Of a stretch of DNA of 64,000 nt, positions 60,587 through 64,000 are shown in pieces. Origin of the DNA: an uncultured delta proteobacterium (lineage in GTDB: Bacteria > Myxococcota_A > Polyangia > Polyangiales > Polyangiaceae). The first letter of the stretch is position 1; every line of letters starts with the position of its first letter. The stretch spans positions 1 through 64,000 of the forward strand of contig CAWKKR010000006.1 in NCBI GenBank assembly GCA_963850305.1, read 5' to 3'. Made by a program: the position numbers and the translations under genes. The notes below the pieces were generated by a model. It was not told where the DNA came from, searched no databases, and worked only from the letters and a program-made list of their open reading frames with translations.

Positions 60587-62332
60587 TCACCCCGGCCGTG
60601 TGCGTCGGCTCGTGCGCGCGAGACTGCTCTGACGGAGAGGCTCCTTGGTGCGATATTCGGGCAAGAACTCGCGGGAGCGGTTCTTGCGCGCGTCGGGTTC
60701 GGGTAACGGGAATGCCTTCGGCGAAATGGCCAGAAGCTCCGCCTCGTTCACCTCGTCGATCAGGGCCGGGGAGAGATACTTCGTTGCGTACTGTCGGTAG
60801 ACGCCCGAGGAAACGAACAGATCGAACAGCTGCGGGTCGAGGTGATTGTCGCGCTTCATGAACCCCATGATGCGCATGGTCTCCGAGAGTTTCTTCGCCG
60901 CCTTGTAGGGACGATCTTGAGCCGTGAGCGCCTCGAATACATCGGCGATGGCCATCATCCGCGCGGGAACGGACATGTCGTTTGCGAAGATGCCGCGGGG
61001 ATAGCCCGTGCCGTCCATCTTCTCGTGATGGCCGCCCGCGTACTCTGGCACGCGCCGGAGCGATCGCGGAAAGGGGAGGGCCTCGAGCATGTTGATGGTC
61101 TGAACCATGTGGTTGTTGATGACGAGCCGCTCTTCGTTCGTCAGGGTGCCGCGCGAGATCGCAAGGTTCCGAACCTCGTCCGCGGAAAGCAGGGTTTGTT
61201 CGCGGCCGCTCTGCACGTAAAGGCGCTGTCCTATTTCCGCGATCTTCGCTTGCCTCTCGGGTTCGAGAAATTCGCCGCCGACGTTCGCTCGCTCGAGGAA
61301 CCGAATCTCGGTCTCGAGCTCCGCGAGGCGAGCGTCGCGTTCCGCGAGCAGCGCGGGGGCGTCTGCGCCCGGCGCCTGGGACGCGCGCAGGAACTCAATC
61401 TCCGCGTCGCGCCGGAGGATCTCGAAGCGCGCGCGGATAAGCTCGATTCGATCGAAGATTGTCTCGAGCTTGGTCGCCTTGTCCATGACGTGGACGGGGG
61501 TTGTGACTTTGCCGCAGTCGTGCATCCATGCCGCGATCCGGAGTTCGTACCACTCGTCGTCGGTGAGATCGAAGTCGGCGAAGGGCCCAGTCGTCGCGTC
61601 GCAGGCAGCCGCCGCGAGCATCTCCGTGAGAATGGGCACGCGCTCGCAATGCCCCCCGGTGTGAGGGGACTTCGAGTCGATCGCCGACGCGATGGCCTTG
61701 ATGAAGCTCTCAAGCAACTCCCGCTGGCCGTCGATGAGCATCTGGTTGTCGAGGGCGATGCCCGCTTGCGAAGCCAGCGCCTCGACGATCCGCTGGTGTT
61801 CCACTGGAAACGGAACGACGGTATTGGTGGCCGGGTCGAGAGCGTTCAGGAGTTGCAGAACCCCGATGACGCGCCCTTCGCCGTTGACCATCGGAATGGC
61901 GAGCAGCGACTTCGAGCGGTAGTTGTTTCGCCCATCGAATAGCTTCGTGCCCGAAAAGTCGAAGCCCTCGGCGTGATACGCGTCGGGGATGTTCACTGAG
62001 CGCTTGAGGTGCGCCGCGGCCGTCGCAACGTTCTTCAGGTTCTGCGCACCGCTCGAGGCATCAACCATCGGGATCGGCGCGAACGCAATCGGGTTCCCGG
62101 TCGTTCCCCCCAGCGCGATCCCGAGCGAGTCGGTGCGCATGATGGCGAACTTGAGATGGTCGTCGTCCGTCCGGAGGTAGAGGGTTCCGCCATCGGCGTT
62201 ACAGAGACTCTTCGCCTCGAGCAGGATCATCTCGAGCAGGCGATCTTTGTTCCGCTCGGAGGACAGGGCAATGCCGACGCGATACAGGAGCTCGAGGCTC
62301 CTGACCTTTTCGTCTCTATCATCTGTCGACAT
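60587..62332 (-). CDS. GAF + HD-GYP cyclic-dinucleotide phosphodiesterase
   Basis: GAF (ADGGTLY, SKSLLAIPM, GVLQLLN), TGGHCERV, MHDCGK, HHEKMDGTGYP, IADVFEALTA. Confidence 0.92.
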   Translation of the reverse strand: MSTDDRDEKVRSLELLYRVGIALSSERNKDRLLEMILLEAKSLCNADGGTLYLRTDDDHLKFAIMRTDSLGIALGGTTGNPIAFAPIPMVDASSGAQNLKNVATAAAHLKRSVNIPDAYHAEGFDFSGTKLFDGRNNYRSKSLLAIPMVNGEGRVIGVLQLLNALDPATNTVVPFPVEHQRIVEALASQAGIALDNQMLIDGQRELLESFIKAIASAIDSKSPHTGGHCERVPILTEMLAAAACDATTGPFADFDLTDDEWYELRIAAWMHDCGKVTTPVHVMDKATKLETIFDRIELIRARFEILRRDAEIEFLRASQAPGADAPALLAERDARLAELETEIRFLERANVGGEFLEPERQAKIAEIGQRLYVQSGREQTLLSADEVRNLAISRGTLTNEERLVINNHMVQTINMLEALPFPRSLRRVPEYAGGHHEKMDGTGYPRGIFANDMSVPARMMAIADVFEALTAQDRPYKAAKKLSETMRIMGFMKRDNHLDPQLFDLFVSSGVYRQYATKYLSPALIDEVNEAELLAISPKAFPLPEPDARKNRSREFLPEYRTKEPLRQSSLARTSRRTRPG

Positions 62333-62341
62333 GCGCCGCCG

Positions 62342-63166
62342 TCACGCGAGTTCTATTCGCATGCCTTCGCGCGCAACGATGGCGGCGCTCCACATATCTC
62401 GCGCCTGTCGTTCCACGTCCGCCATGAAATCGTCTTCGTGCGAGGGGTCGTGATGGAAAATGGCGAGCTGCTTCACGGACGCTTGCTGGCAAAGACGCAC
62501 GGCCTCCTGCCAGGTCGAGTGCCCCCAGCCAACCTTGCTGGTGAATTCCTCGTCCGTGTACGTGCAGTCGTACACGACCAGGTCGGCGCCCTCGATTAGC
62601 CCGAGGATCTTCTGATCCGGCTTTCCGATGACGTGTTCCGTGTCGGTCACGTAACAGAACGACTTTCCCGTGCTTTCGAACCGATAGCCCGTCGCCCCGT
62701 TGGGGTGATTGAGCGGCGCGGTTCGCACCGAAACATCGGGCCCGACCTTGAACGCGTCGCCGACATCGAAGTCCTCGAACACGAGTTTCGAGCGCATGGT
62801 CTCGAGCGGGACCGGAAACGTGGGCTGGCCCATCTGTCCCGCGAGCACTTCGCGGACTCCCCCGAGCGGCTTGAGGTGGGCCGCGCGGATCTCGAAGGTC
62901 CGATTCGGCAGATACCCGGGACCGAAGAACGGGAATCCGTTGATGTGATCCCAGTGCACATGGGTCAAGAACAGGTGCGCGTGCCTCACGTCGCGCTTGT
63001 TGAACGACTCGCCAAGGTCGCGAATTCCGGTCCCGGCGTCGAGGACGATATGCTGGTTGCTCGCGGCAACCTCGATGCAGCTCGTGTTGCCGCCATAGGC
63101 GACGTGGCGCGGTGAAGGGCACGCGATGCTTCCGCGCACCCCCCAGAACTCGACGGCGAAGACCAT
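62342..63166 (-). CDS. MBL-fold metallo-hydrolase
   Basis: WGVRGSI, YGGNTSC, DAGTG, THVHWDHI, TDTEH, WGHS, FHHDP. Confidence 0.92.
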   Translation of the reverse strand: MVFAVEFWGVRGSIACPSPRHVAYGGNTSCIEVAASNQHIVLDAGTGIRDLGESFNKRDVRHAHLFLTHVHWDHINGFPFFGPGYLPNRTFEIRAAHLKPLGGVREVLAGQMGQPTFPVPLETMRSKLVFEDFDVGDAFKVGPDVSVRTAPLNHPNGATGYRFESTGKSFCYVTDTEHVIGKPDQKILGLIEGADLVVYDCTYTDEEFTSKVGWGHSTWQEAVRLCQQASVKQLAIFHHDPSHEDDFMADVERQARDMWSAAIVAREGMRIELA

Positions 63167-63297
63167 GGGTTGGCGAGCGGAGTCTATGGGCCTGCCAGGG
63201 GGTTGTCATCTTGCGTCTTCGGCGGCGCGCGACGCCGGGGCGGCAGCCCCGGTGCTGGTTGGCGGATTCGAGGGCAATTTTCAGCTAATGTGGACGG

Positions 63298-63729
63298 ATG
63301 GCGGAAACGATTTTCGGCAAAATCCTCGAGGGGCGAATCCCTTGCCACAAGGTCTACGAGGACGACTTCGTTCTCGCGTTTCTGGACATCGCGCCGCTCA
63401 GCTTCGGGCACACGCTCGTCATCCCCAAGGAGCCGGCCGTGACCCTAGACGAGCTCTCGGACGACTCCGCCGCCGCCATCGGGCGGGTACTTCCCCGGAT
63501 TTGCCGCGCCGTGAAGCGCGTGACAGGGTGCGACGCCTTCAACGTGCTAGAGAACAATGGACCGCTCGCCCACCAGGCCGTCCCGCACGTGCACTTTCAC
63601 GTCATCCCGAAGCCCGATCCGGACGTCGGGCTCGGCATTCGTTGGCCCGCGGGCAGTATCGATCAGAGTGAAGCCGCGGATCTCGCCGAACGGCTCCGGC
63701 AAGCGGTGGCGGCCACGCCGCCCGCGTAG
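63298..63729 (+). CDS. HIT-family nucleotide hydrolase
   Basis: TIFGKI, AFLDIAP..GHTLVIPK, HVHFHVIP. Confidence 0.95.
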   Translation: MAETIFGKILEGRIPCHKVYEDDFVLAFLDIAPLSFGHTLVIPKEPAVTLDELSDDSAAAIGRVLPRICRAVKRVTGCDAFNVLENNGPLAHQAVPHVHFHVIPKPDPDVGLGIRWPAGSIDQSEAADLAERLRQAVAATPPA

Positions 63730-63737
63730 GGGGACCG

Positions 63738-64000
63738 ATGCAGCCCGGGCAAGGATCCAGCGTGAGCCAGTTCGCGTCCGAGGCGTATTTCCATCAACTG
63801 CTCGGAAAAGCGACGGCCGCGCACGCGCGCGATGTGCACCTGAAGGTCGGGCAGCCGCCGGGGGCTCGGGTCCGGGGTGAGCTCATTTATTTTCGGCTCG
63901 ATCCGATCCGACCGGAGGATACGGTGGCCGTGGCGCACCACGTCATCGGTGAGCCCCAGGTGCTGCGAGAGCTAGCGATGCTGCGCGAGTACGACACATC
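63738..64000 (+). CDS. PilT/PilU-like type IV pilus ATPase, 5' fragment with indels
   Basis: YFHQLLG...DVHLKVGQPPGARVRGEL...LREYDT read across frames; runs off the window. Confidence 0.6.
   Translation, partial: MQPGQGSSVSQFASEAYFHQLLGKATAAHARDVHLKVGQPPGARVRGELIYFRLDPIRPEDTVAVAHHVIGEPQVLRELAMLREYDT

Overview
GC-rich window, most likely from a myxobacterium (Polyangiaceae/Sorangium-like; inferred from Cys-rich lipoproteins, DUF882 paralogues, ebo genes and a PilT-type ATPase). Several conserved genes are broken by single-base indels, which suggests long-read consensus errors. The left third (1-20.4 kb) is accessory. It starts with a phosphoketolase / N-ATPase-beta / aquaporin / class I aldolase module cut by an IS66 that carries a nested IS3. 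An IS91-family rolling-circle element and an internally deleted dusC-like remnant follow. Next is a capsid-less, phage-satellite-like replicon abutting tRNA-Phe, with an AEP primase-SF3 helicase, an iteron origin, an apparently inactive serine recombinase, a Cre-like tyrosine recombinase, an acidic HTH protein and a retropepsin. The remainder looks chromosomal: a c-di-AMP (ydaO) riboswitch upstream of kup, MFS, OmpA, GH18-deacetylase-GT2, an IPC-synthase-like PAP2, bioA, tyrS, eboA/eboB, metG, two convergent circularly-permuted ATP-grasp / alpha-E / transglutaminase operons, an MBL plus GAF-HD-GYP pair, HIT and the start of a PilT/PilU-like ATPase. All product calls come from motif recognition by eye; no database searches were run.
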